DNA from: Candidatus Poribacteria bacterium
GTDB lineage: Bacteria; Poribacteria; WGA-4E; GCA-2687025
Assembly: GCA_963665845.2 (NCBI GenBank)
Contig: OY762492.1
Span: 1,248,001 to 1,312,000 of the forward strand
Direction of reading: 5' to 3'
Length of the DNA stretch: 64,000 nucleotides
Below, piece after piece: positions 11,383 through 21,000 of the stretch. Under the pieces are notes generated by a model. That model was given only the letters and a program-made list of their open reading frames with translations, had not been told where the DNA came from and ran no database searches. The translations under genes and the position numbers were made by a program. Position 1 is the stretch's first letter; each line of letters opens with the position of its first letter.

Positions 11383-11976
11383 CTATTCAACTCGAAAGGC
11401 GGCAACGCGCAATCGATCCAGAAACCGCTGCCAGTAGTAATGGATGCGCCGCCGCTTCCAGTATAACGTAACGAACCCGTACACGATGAAGGCGGAGAGC
11501 ATCGCCAGCGCCGCGACGGGCTGATTTGAGCCGATCGCTTTCAACAGCAGAAGCGGTATCGCCGCGAGCGAGGCGCCGTAAAACAGTGTGCGCATGCCGA
11601 GAACGGCGTTCAGCAGCCAGACGCGGCGTATCCACCTTGGCGCCGTCCATGTGAAGACGCAGTACACGGCGCCGCCGATGAACACCCATGCGGGCAGCAA
11701 GCCCGCCTGCGTCACCGCGAGGCCGGCGGCGGCAAGCATGAACGTGTCGGCGAGCCGTTCCGCCTTCGCTCCAAAGTCGGTCTGCGCTTTCCATCGGCGC
11801 GCCAGGGCGCCGTCCACCCAGTCGGTGATCTGGGCGGCGACCAGCGCGCACAGCGAGGCGATGTAATGCTCCCGAACGGTCAGCCAGTAAAACGCGACCG
11901 AAAGCGGAATGCGCGAGGCGGTGAGCAGATTGGGCGCCCAGCGCCGTAGGTCGGTTCGTTGCGGTGAAACAAGCAT
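11383..11976 (-). CDS. CDP-alcohol phosphatidyltransferase
   Basis: PNLLT.SR and TDWVDGALAR...TDFGAKAERLAD (DxxDGxxAR...G...DxxxD with one D replaced by E). Confidence 0.88.
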   Translation of the reverse strand: MLVSPQRTDLRRWAPNLLTASRIPLSVAFYWLTVREHYIASLCALVAAQITDWVDGALARRWKAQTDFGAKAERLADTFMLAAAGLAVTQAGLLPAWVFIGGAVYCVFTWTAPRWIRRVWLLNAVLGMRTLFYGASLAAIPLLLLKAIGSNQPVAALAMLSAFIVYGFVTLYWKRRRIHYYWQRFLDRLRVAAFRVE

Positions 11977-11992
11977 GGCGTCAATCCTGCGG

Positions 11993-12859
11993 CTATTGAA
12001 TTGTTTTGAGCATGTCTTGTATGTTTTCTAAACAGTAGCGGGACGCCTCTTCGCCCGCTTCGGAAAAAGCGGCGCCGCCGGGGCGGTTCAGGAGCGACTC
12101 GGACAGCGCCTCCTTCGGCCGCCAGTGCGTTTCCAGCGTCAAGTAGCCGTCGTATCCGTCCGCGAGGTAACGTTCAAACTGCCCGCGCCAGTCGATGAGT
12201 CCTTCGCCGACCGGAACGCTTTGCATCTCGCCGTTCTCGTCCGGCGCGCCGTCTTTCATATGCCCGTGAATCATGACATCTTTGAGCGTCTCGTATCCTG
12301 CAGGGTACGGCGTCACGCCGTCTTCGGCGTACAGCTCGTTTGCCGGGTCCCAGATGGCGCGGACGCATGGGCGGTTGATTTCATCGATGAAGCGGCGGGT
12401 GAGAGCCGCTGTCGCCAGCGAAGTGGTGTGTTCATTCTCCATGCCGAGCGTCATTCCTTCGCTTTCGGCGATGCGCAGCGGTTCTTCGAAGGCGTCCAGT
12501 ATTTCGCCCCACCGCTCCTCGGTCTTTCCGCAGTCCCAGAAGGCGAAGACGCGCAGAACGGGGGCGTCGAAGGCTTGAGCGAGTCGGGCGCAATTTCGAA
12601 GTATCTGCAGATGCTCCCTGCGTTCGTCAGGGTCGTCGATCTCGCATTTGTAGAACGGCGTTGCGACGCCGCACACGTCCACGCCGGACCCGTCCAGAGC
12701 CGTTTTCATCTGGGCGATGTCGTCGGCGTCCAGGTCTTGCGGCTGCTTGTTGTTCACAGAACGAATCTCGATGGCGTCCAGACCGTAGTCTTGGCACACC
12801 TTGAGAACTACGTTGAAGTCCTGCGACACTTCGTCGGTGATGATTCCAAGTTTGAACAT
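11993..12859 (-). CDS. sugar phosphate isomerase/epimerase (AP_endonuc_2 TIM barrel)
   Basis: GIITDE, MENE, WDPAN, HMKD and LETH metal ligands. Confidence 0.88.
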   Translation of the reverse strand: MFKLGIITDEVSQDFNVVLKVCQDYGLDAIEIRSVNNKQPQDLDADDIAQMKTALDGSGVDVCGVATPFYKCEIDDPDERREHLQILRNCARLAQAFDAPVLRVFAFWDCGKTEERWGEILDAFEEPLRIAESEGMTLGMENEHTTSLATAALTRRFIDEINRPCVRAIWDPANELYAEDGVTPYPAGYETLKDVMIHGHMKDGAPDENGEMQSVPVGEGLIDWRGQFERYLADGYDGYLTLETHWRPKEALSESLLNRPGGAAFSEAGEEASRYCLENIQDMLKTIQ

Positions 12860-12924
12860 AAGCGTCCTTCACATATCATAACGCATCGTAGGGCGTTTGG
12901 CTACATGCTTGCGCGTTTTCGCCG

Positions 12925-14217
12925 TCAAATGAATGCCGGCAGGTTGTCATTTGCGTCAAAAACCATCTCTTCGGGTTCGCTGACGATCTCGATCTCGGTC
13001 CGTTCGCGCAATTCGGGAAGCAGCGCTTCGGAGACCATCGCCTCGGACAGATGCAGCGTCGTCTTGATGCGCGCCGTCCGCGAGCGCTCCGGCGGCGTCA
13101 AACCGATCGTGTCCAGCGCCTTCTCGATCGCCTCCTTATCAGAACGGAACGCGGCGGGTATGCGGACGCCATGCGGCGTGTTCGCCGTAAAAGCGTTCAT
13201 GACGGTCGCATGCATGTCGATTCGATCCACAAGCCGCTGCGTTGTAACATCGGCGAGGCCGATGCCGCATGCGTTTCCGTACGATTTATCGGTCAGATCC
13301 AGCGCGGCAATGCGCAGCGCTTTCGGCGCGTCGGGCGGCATCGGGTACAGGTCGGGATAGAGCGCGCGTCCGATGATGTTGGTGTCCATGCCGGTTCCGC
13401 TGATGTTTTTTCCGATCTGGTCAATGATGAGGCAATCGAGCGGATCGGCGGGCAGTTTGCCCATGAGGTTGCGCGCTTCGGTCAGCAGTTTCTGCTCCGT
13501 TTCGATGATCTCTTCCGGGGCGACCGCATGGAGGCGCGCCGTTTCATCGTAAGCGTTTTCCAGTATCGCCAGCCCGAAGAGCAGCTTGCCTCGGTCGATG
13601 TGCGTCTGCGCGGCTCCGAGGACGGTCGATTCAAAGTCCACATTCAGAAACGCTTTGTGGTAGTAGTCGGCGCCGAGCTGCTTTCCGACGCCGATAGCGA
13701 GCATTTTACACAAGCCGCTTTCGACGCAGCCGTTGAAGTCGGTATGCGGTTTGACGCGGTTGACGACGGCGATATGGTCGGCGTTGTAGGCATGGCGGTC
13801 GCAGTAGACGGGCGTTCCGTTGGAAAGTACGCCGATCTCTACCGCGTCCATTGAGGAGCGTATCGGGCATCCCATGCTGTTTTCGTTGACGCCGTAGCTG
13901 TTGAGTACGTCGATCTGCCCTTGCGCCGCCGCTCCGCCGTGGCTTCCCATGGCGGGGAAAATGAACGGCTTGGCGCCGGCGTCTTTGAGGCTATCGACAA
14001 CGGCGCGCAGGATCTCGGCGATGTTGGCGATGCCGCGGGAGCCTGCGGTTACGGCAACCTCGGCGCCGGGTTGAAGGCGCGTTTCGAGGCGCAGCCGTTT
14101 CAGCTCCTGGACGGCGCCGGCGCGGACATCCGACAGCGCCGGGCGCGGAAATCGATGCCGTATCTTCGCCATTTTAGGGAGGCGGCCGTTGCGGCGCGGG
14201 GTCTGGTTCATCAACAT
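12925..14217 (-). CDS. LarA/DUF2088-like (lactate racemase domain) protein
   Basis: GSRGI, PAMGSHGG, NRVKPHTDF, ESGLCKMLAIG.GK and GKNISGTGMDTN motifs. Confidence 0.75.
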   Translation of the reverse strand: MLMNQTPRRNGRLPKMAKIRHRFPRPALSDVRAGAVQELKRLRLETRLQPGAEVAVTAGSRGIANIAEILRAVVDSLKDAGAKPFIFPAMGSHGGAAAQGQIDVLNSYGVNENSMGCPIRSSMDAVEIGVLSNGTPVYCDRHAYNADHIAVVNRVKPHTDFNGCVESGLCKMLAIGVGKQLGADYYHKAFLNVDFESTVLGAAQTHIDRGKLLFGLAILENAYDETARLHAVAPEEIIETEQKLLTEARNLMGKLPADPLDCLIIDQIGKNISGTGMDTNIIGRALYPDLYPMPPDAPKALRIAALDLTDKSYGNACGIGLADVTTQRLVDRIDMHATVMNAFTANTPHGVRIPAAFRSDKEAIEKALDTIGLTPPERSRTARIKTTLHLSEAMVSEALLPELRERTEIEIVSEPEEMVFDANDNLPAFI

Positions 14218-14233
14218 GCTCCTCTGCTGCGTT

Positions 14234-14309
14234 TGGCGCGCCCGGCAGGAGTCGAACCTGCGGCCTAGTGATTAGAAGTCACTTGCTCTATCCGCTGAGC
14301 TACGGGCGC
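14234..14309 (-). tRNA. tRNA-Arg (anticodon UCU)
   Basis: 76 nt: GCGCCCG acceptor stem, TAGCTCAG D arm, AGTGA-CT-TCT-AA-TCACT anticodon arm, GGTTCGACTCC T arm, encoded CCA. Confidence 0.97.
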
Positions 14310-14342
14310 TCCTCTGATGCGCTCTTGGCGCGCTCAATTTAA

Positions 14343-14371
14343 AGTATAGCGGAGCGGCTTTAAAACGGCAA
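14343..14371 (-). promoter_or_regulatory. sigma70 promoter for tRNA-Arg
   Basis: TTGCCG-17 nt-TATACT on the minus strand. Confidence 0.7.
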
Positions 14372-14380
14372 CGTTTGGAA

Positions 14381-14548
14381 CTGACCTGACGCCTAAAGTT
14401 GGGACATTTGAACCGACCATCGCTCTATTCATGGGTTAAAGGCGTCATCAACCGGGTCGTCATTCCCGCGTAAGCGGGAATCCAGAGTCTACCCCGAAAC
14501 CGTCCGCGTTCACAACCAGAATTGTCCCAACTCTAAGGGTGTGGTCAG
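14381..14548 (-). mobile_element. full-length ~168-bp MITE with ~26-bp imperfect TIRs and an internal dRS3-like hairpin
   Basis: Ends ctgacctgacgcctaaagttgggaca / tgtcccaactctaagggtgtggtcag; collinear (inverted) with 36037..36203. Confidence 0.8.
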
Positions 14549-14556
14549 TTGGAAAA

Positions 14557-14640
14557 CTGACCTTACGTCTATAGTCGGGACATGGCGGCGGGCGAACGCG
14601 GACGGTTTCTGCGGCGCCTCTAGATTCCCGCTTACGCGGG
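14557..14640 (+). mobile_element. left part of a MITE copy interrupted by IS110 (continues at 16188..16200)
   Basis: The hairpin gattcccgcttacgcggg stops at 14640; its normal continuation aatgacgacctgg appears at 16188. Confidence 0.85.
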
Positions 14641-14759
14641 AGTATCTGTGTTCAAAGTCAACCATATCTCGTTCTCCGTAGTCCAGAAAGTCGCCGCGGC
14701 GGATCTTTTTCGGCAGTACCGAAGGAGCCGCCGCAGCTGTCTCTCGGAAAGGGTTTTCA

Positions 14760-15958
14760 TCAGCCTTGCGTCCTGTCGCTTGACTGCGGATCGGAAGACG
14801 CCGCCGCCGGCGCTTCTCCAGGCGCCGGCAGCGCCTCCCCGTCAGCCTCATCAGAAGACGCCGCCGCAGACGTTTCGGTCTGACCCGCGACCGACGCATC
14901 GGAAGACCCCGACTCTTCCGATGGCGCCTCAGCCTCAGTGTCATCCTGCTCATCAGAAGACGCCGACTCTTCCGACGAAGCCAACGAATGCAGCTCATCC
15001 AAAGGAACCCAAGGCGTCTCCCGCTTCAGAATCGCGTTCGCAAGAACCGCCAGCTTCCGCATGACCGCCACAAGAGCCGCCTTCCCAGGCTTGCCGTTCT
15101 CCTTCAGACGCTCGTAAAACACCTTCATGTCCGGGTTGAAACGAATCGCCGACATCGCCGACATATACAGAAGCGCCCGAATATCGCTCCGACCGCCCCA
15201 AATGCGGCGCCGACCTGTCGACTTGCCGCTCTCGTGCGCCCAAGGAGCCAAACCAAGCAGGGAACAGATCTGACGGCCGCTCCGCTCGCCCAACTCCGGC
15301 ACAAAAGAACCAGATATGCGGAAATGAGATCGCCGAAGCCCGGAATGCTCTTCAACAGACGGAACCTCTTGTAAAGATCAGGCTTTTCCTTGATCAACGC
15401 CAGAGCTTCCCGCTCCGCCGCCTTGCGCTCCTCTTTCAGAGTGTCGCGCAGCTTTTTGGTCGCAGCCTCCGTCGGCTCGCCTTCCAGTAGATGCAGCCGA
15501 TTGGTCAACTGGGTGGTCATTTTCACCAGCTGCCTGTCCATCGTCATCCAGCAGCGAGCGTCTTTCACGATCGGATCGATCGGCGTTGTCGATTCCAGAT
15601 CGCGGCTCAGCCCATACAGCGCGAGCATCTTGGCGTTCAGCGCGTCGGTCTTGGCGCGGACGCTGTAGGAGCGGATGAAGTTATGGGCAAAGTTTGGATG
15701 GCAGCGGCGGTAAGGGATCTCTGCTTCGGCGAGCAGCGACGCCAGTTTCCGCTCGTATCCGCCGGTCGGTTCAAAGACGACCATGTTGATGTTGGGGTGG
15801 GTCGTCAGGAGGCGTTTGATGAACCGCTTGATGGGGCTCGCGGCGTTTTTAATGGTGGAGGTTTCCCCGCCGTTGATGGAGATTTCAAGCGTGTCTTTGG
15901 ACGCGTCGATTCCGGCGACGATTTTGTTGCTGTTTGTCTTGGTCTGAGTTAGACTCAT
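14760..15958 (-). pseudogene. IS110 transposase, frameshifted near 15303, fourth catalytic Asp replaced by Asn
   Basis: GIDASK, VFEPTG, AKTDALNA and SIPGFG in one frame; PELG, GLAP..ESG, IWGGR..IR..LYM and A.VAVMRKL in another. Confidence 0.88.
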
Positions 15959-15989
15959 GCTCGTTCTCCTTTCTGGAGAAAAAGGACGA

Positions 15990-16175
15990 GAAGGACCGGC
16001 CTCCCTACTTGTATTCTGCACGAATGCACAACATCTGTCCGGAGCCGCCGGTTCTTCTTGTCTTCTTTGCGCGGCTCTCGATACTCCCGCACGGCGCCGC
16101 TGCGAAGCAACGCGCCCAAGACGGTCTGGAGTCTCACCGCGCTGCCCCTTAAGTATGCGCTTACTCTAGGGGCAA
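15990..16175 (-). ncRNA. putative IS110 bridge RNA
   Basis: A 5' hairpin (gcccct..aggggc) is followed by two stem-internal-loop domains containing segments that match the target (GCGGGAG) and the donor (ACAGATGTT, ATACAAG). Ends are approximate. Confidence 0.8.
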
Positions 16176-16216
16176 TGTCATCATACAAATGACGACCTGG
16201 CTTGCGACGCTCGCTG

Positions 16217-16245
16217 TTGCAATATCCCGCGCCTCTGCGTATCAT
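16217..16245 (+). promoter_or_regulatory. sigma70-like promoter for rhaI
   Basis: TTGCAA-17 nt-TATCAT. Confidence 0.6.
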
Positions 16246-16284
16246 GCGTTTCAACATTAAAAGCAACAGCGCGATGGGACGACA

Positions 16285-17517
16285 ATGCCGACTAAAGACC
16301 AGATCCAAGCCCGCTACAACCTGCTCATCGAAGACCTGATGGAGCGCGGCGTTGATGTGAACGACGTTCGACAACGGCTCCAAAACCAGCGCATCGAAAC
16401 GCCCTCATGGGGGTACGGCGATTCGGGTACGCGCTTTGGCGTTTTTCAACAAGAATGGGCGGCGCGCGACACCCAAGAGCGCCTGCAAGACGCCGCCGTC
16501 ACGCATCAGCACACCGGGGTCGCGCCCTCGGTCGCGCTCCATATTCCGTGGGACAAGGTGGACGACTGGGCGGCGCTGAAACAGTACGCCGACGAGCTCG
16601 GCGTCGAAGTGGGAGCCATCAACCCGAACCTGTTCCAAGAGCCGGACTATATGCTCGGAAGCGTCTGCCATCCTGACGCCGAGGTGCGCCAAATGTCCAT
16701 CGACCATCTCCTAGAATGCGCGGAGATCATGCGCATCACAGGCTCCGACATCATGAGCGTCTGGCTCGCCGACGGCACCAACTACCCAGGACAGGACGAT
16801 TTCCGCGAACGAAAGCGGCGGCTGCTGGAATGCCTGCAAGCGGGCTACGACGCGATGCCGAACGACGCGCGCATGCTGGTGGAGTACAAATTCTTTGAAC
16901 CCGCCTTTTACCACACCGACCTGCCCGACTGGGGAACCTCGCTGGTCGTCTGTCAAAATCTGGGCGACCGGGCGCAGGTACTGATCGACACGGGGCATCA
17001 CGCGCAGGGGACGAACATCGAGTTCATCGTCGCCTACCTGCTGGATGAGGAACGGCTCGGCGGCTTCCATTTCAACTGCCGAAAATACGCCGACGACGAT
17101 CTCACCACTGGCTCCATCAACCCGCAGGAACTGTTTCTGATCTACACGGAGCTGGTCAAGGAGGAGAACGACCCGAACTCGACCGCCGACATCGCCTACA
17201 TGATCGACCAGAGCCACAACATCAAGCCGAAAATCGAGGCGATGATTCAGTCGATCATGAACATTCAGACGGCGTACGCCCGCGCGCTCATCGTTCCCTA
17301 CGGCGACCTGAAAGAGGCGCAGCGCGCCAAAGATGTGGTCGGCGCCGAGATGATCATGCAGCAGGCAAACAATACGGATGTGGAGCCGCTGCTTCAGACG
17401 CTGCGCATCGAAGCGGGGCTGGATCCGAATCCGCTGGAGGCGTTTCGGCGCAGCGGCTATCTTGAAAAAGCGGCCGCGGAACGGCGCGAGGGACCGCGCA
17501 CCGGATGGGGAGCCTAA
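16285..17517 (+). CDS. rhaI: L-rhamnose isomerase (RhaI type)
   Basis: IETPSWGYG.SGTRF, ALHIPWD, WLADGTNYPGQ, EYKFFEP, DTGHH and YADDDL motifs. Confidence 0.9.
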   Translation: MPTKDQIQARYNLLIEDLMERGVDVNDVRQRLQNQRIETPSWGYGDSGTRFGVFQQEWAARDTQERLQDAAVTHQHTGVAPSVALHIPWDKVDDWAALKQYADELGVEVGAINPNLFQEPDYMLGSVCHPDAEVRQMSIDHLLECAEIMRITGSDIMSVWLADGTNYPGQDDFRERKRRLLECLQAGYDAMPNDARMLVEYKFFEPAFYHTDLPDWGTSLVVCQNLGDRAQVLIDTGHHAQGTNIEFIVAYLLDEERLGGFHFNCRKYADDDLTTGSINPQELFLIYTELVKEENDPNSTADIAYMIDQSHNIKPKIEAMIQSIMNIQTAYARALIVPYGDLKEAQRAKDVVGAEMIMQQANNTDVEPLLQTLRIEAGLDPNPLEAFRRSGYLEKAAAERREGPRTGWGA

Positions 17518-17525
17518 CCCAAACG

Positions 17526-18062
17526 ATGAGCGGAAAACGAACCGCTGTCTTTCCAGCCAGCTTCGATCCGGTGACGAACGGGCATCTGGACATCATCCGC
17601 CGGGCGTTGGCGCTGAACATCTTTGACGAAATCGTCCTGGCGGTCGGCGTCAACCCGGCAAAGCGGAGCCTGTTCTCGCTTGAAGAACGGGTCGCGCTTT
17701 TGAAAGAGGCGGTCGCCGGCTGGGATGGTCAAGAACGCATCCGAGTTCTCGCTATGGAGGGGCTGACAGCGGACTTTGCCCGCGGCGTCCAAGCCTCCGC
17801 CATCCTGCGCGGCATCCGCTCCCCGCTCGACTTTGAGTACGAGGCGCAGATGTATTTTTTAAACAGGCGGCTGGCGCCGGAGATCGACACGATCTTTCTC
17901 TTGGCAGACCCGAAATACGCTTTTTTAAGCAGCGCGCTCGTGAAGCAGGTGGCGCAGATCGGAGGCTCGTTGGACGGTCTCGCGCCGCCGCAGGTTGTGG
18001 AAAAACTGCGCGCGCGGCTTCAAGAAAATCCGATTCATGCAAACGCGCATGACGCCGAATAG
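17526..18062 (+). CDS. coaD: pantetheine-phosphate adenylyltransferase
   Basis: FPASFDPVTNGHLDII, RGIR...DFEYE and LSSALVK motifs. Confidence 0.95.
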   Translation: MSGKRTAVFPASFDPVTNGHLDIIRRALALNIFDEIVLAVGVNPAKRSLFSLEERVALLKEAVAGWDGQERIRVLAMEGLTADFARGVQASAILRGIRSPLDFEYEAQMYFLNRRLAPEIDTIFLLADPKYAFLSSALVKQVAQIGGSLDGLAPPQVVEKLRARLQENPIHANAHDAE

Positions 18063-18074
18063 AAACGGGTTCAA

Positions 18075-21000
18075 ATGCCGCGCGACACCGAACTGAACGA
18101 AAAGCAGCGGGAAGCCGTCGAACATGGCGATGGTCCGCTTCTTGTTTTGGCGGGTCCTGGAACAGGAAAAACGCGCGTCATCGCATGTCGAGTCGCGCAC
18201 CTGATCGAGTCGGGGAGATGTCCGGCGGAGGCGCTGCTAGCCATCACCTTCACCAACAAGGCGGCGCATGAGCTGGAGGAGCGGGTATTGAGCTTGATTG
18301 GGTCCAGCGTCGCCGGCGACTCCTGGATCGGCACCTTTCACCACACCTGCGCGCGCATCCTGCGCGAAAGCGGCGGCGATATGGGCATCGACAGCGACTT
18401 CGGCATCCTTGACCAGGACGCCCAGGACGCGCTCATGGCGGACGCGCTGCGCTCCGCGAATCTTGAAGTGGACCCGATCACGCTGAGCAGGCTTCGGTTC
18501 GCCCTCAGCGCGCGCAAAAGCGGAACCGCCGACAACAGAGAGCCGCCGCTCTTTGAAGAGGAGGATGAAGACACAACGGATGAAGCGTTTATCGCCGCTT
18601 TTAAAGAGGCGATCAGCCATTACGGCGCCCGCCTCGCCGCCTACAACGCGCTCGACTTTGACGACCTGATCGCCATCGCTGTAGAAAAGCTGCGCGAATC
18701 GCCGACAGTTTTGAAGAAATACCAGAGCAAGTTTCAGCATATCCTGATCGACGAGTATCAGGACATCAACGGATCGCAGTATGAGCTGATAAAGCTGTTG
18801 AGCGGATCAAGGCGCTGCGTTACAGCCGTTGGCGACGCGAACCAGAGCATTTACAGCTGGCGAGGCTCCAACCCTGAATGGATGCGCCGTTTCCGCGATG
18901 AGTTTCAACCTGAAACGATCGCTCTTGAGGCGCATTACCGTTCCACGCGCACCATCCTTTCCGCGGCGACGGGACTCATCCGCAAGAGCTCTCCGCAAAC
19001 GCGCCTGCGCACCGACAATCCGCCCGGCAACCCGATCCGCGCCTATTTTACACGTTCTGAAGCGGAATCGGCGTATATCGTCAAACGGCTTATTCAGAAG
19101 CTGCATGCGGAAGCGCGCATGCCGTATCGGGACATCGCCGTCTTTTATCGGAATCACCGGACGGCTGAACGGCTTGAAGACTCGCTGCGCCGTTCAAGCG
19201 TTCCATTTCGCCGCGCGCAGCCCGCCCGCGAACTTGTCAACGACGACGCGAACCGCGTTCTCGCATGGCTGCGTTACATCTGCTTTGGGCTGGGGGCGCA
19301 TTTAGCGGACGCGCTCATGTTTCCAAATCTCGTTCTGGACGAATGGACGCGCGTCTGGTTTCAATGGCGGGCGATGCGGGAGGGCAAGTCGTTTAGAGAG
19401 CTGGCGGAAAATCCAGACGAGGCGCCGCCTCTCACGCGCGCCTCTCTGAAACGGGTCGTCGGTCGGATGCAGGATCTGAGGGAGAGGCTGACGCCGCTCG
19501 GCGCCTCCAAAGCGGCTGCCGCTTTTTTTGAGGAGCTGGAAACGCTGCGCAGCCCGTTTCGGCATGAGGAGCTGGAGAAGGCGCCGGAATGGGCTGACTT
19601 TCCGCAGCTGGCCGCTTCAGCGGATGTGATCGCCGCGGCGCTTCAACGGGGCGAAATTCCCAGCCTGACGGAGGACGGCTCAATGGACGCCGTCTGCGCC
19701 AAGCTGATTTTACAAAAAACATTCGAAGATTATTTCGATAAAAATCTGGAGGAAGCGTCCGGCGATTCGGTTCAGATACGGATCGGGAATGTTGAACCTG
19801 CGCAAGAAGTGGAACGCGCCGTTTGGATCAACCCGCCCGACGAAATCGAGACGAACGCGCTTCAGTTGACCGCCCCTGACGGGTCGCCCGCCTGCGCCGC
19901 TTGGATCGCGCATCGGTTGTGTCAGCGTCTGCTTCATTTGGTTGAAAAGACGCCGAACGCGGACGTCGTCGTCTACGATCTGGAAACGACGGGGGCGAAT
20001 CCGCGGCAAGCCGAGATCATTGAATTCGCGGGCGACCGCATTTACGAAAAGCCAGCCTCCATTCTACACCTTTATATACGTCCGAGGGCGCGCATCCCGC
20101 GCCGATCAACCCAGATACATGGCATTGACGCCGATACCGTACGCGACCAGCCGCGCATCGAAGAGCGCATCGGCGAAATACGCGACTTCTTCGGAGACGC
20201 CGTCCTGGTCGGACACAACATCATTGAGTTTGACAACCGCTTTATTGAACGGGAAATGCGCCGGCATCTGCGCGAGACGCCCAACAACCCGTCTTACGAC
20301 ACCTTGAAGATCGCGCGCCGCCTCTATCCGCATGTGAATCACACGCTCACTTCGCTTGCGGAGCGGTTTCAGATCGAGTATGTCGAAAGCCATCGGGCGA
20401 TGCATGATGTGGCGGCGACAGCGAAGTTGTTTGAGCATTTGCGCCGGGAGGAGGCGCGCCGCCGCGCCCAATCGAGCCTGCCGGAACTGCTGCCGTTCTT
20501 GGCGGTCGGGGCGATGTCGAAAGGCGCATGGGAGGACCCGATGTTGGAAGCGCATCGGCATGCGGCAGCCCGCTGGCTCAAAGCGAACAAGCCGCGCGAA
20601 GAGACGCTCATGGCTTTTCCCGAAGAGACGCGCGTCGAGGCGGGGCGCGCCTTAGACGACGCGCGGCGCGCGCCGGCTCCAGAAACGGACGAGGACCGCC
20701 GATGGCAGCTGTTGAAAGGGCGCGTCCTGCGCCGGGCGCAGCGGTATGAGGCGATGCGCTCCGGCGCCTCATTGAAAGATTTTGTGAACGCGCAGTCGCT
20801 GCTGGAGCCGCTGGACAGCATGGACGAAGCCGACGAACCAAGCGACGCCGTCTCGCTCATGACGCTCCACACAGCGAAGGGTACCGAGTTCCGCGCCGTC
20901 CTGATTGTCGGGCTGGAGGACGGGACGCTGCCTTGGTTCCGCTCCATACAGCGTCCCGAAGCGCTGGACGAGGAGCGGCGGCTGCTTTATGTCGGCATGA

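Larger units (their letters stand above)
14641..16187 (-). mobile_element. IS110-family (IS621-like bridge recombinase) element
   Basis: Boundaries are defined by the split hairpin. The reconstructed donor junction is ACAGATA-CT-TGTAT. It carries a DEDD transposase and a structured left noncoding end. Confidence 0.9.

Noticed and set aside
12125-13854. Long plus-strand ORFs (411 aa, 267 aa) and similar ones at 24601..25842, 34303..35328, 38440..39741 and 45653..46774
   Set aside because: They are antisense shadows of well-supported genes in GC-rich DNA and have no recognisable motifs.
14234-16200. tRNA-Arg as an integration site for an island
   Set aside because: The MITEs and IS lie 5' of the tRNA, and no duplicated tRNA 3' end or integrase was seen.
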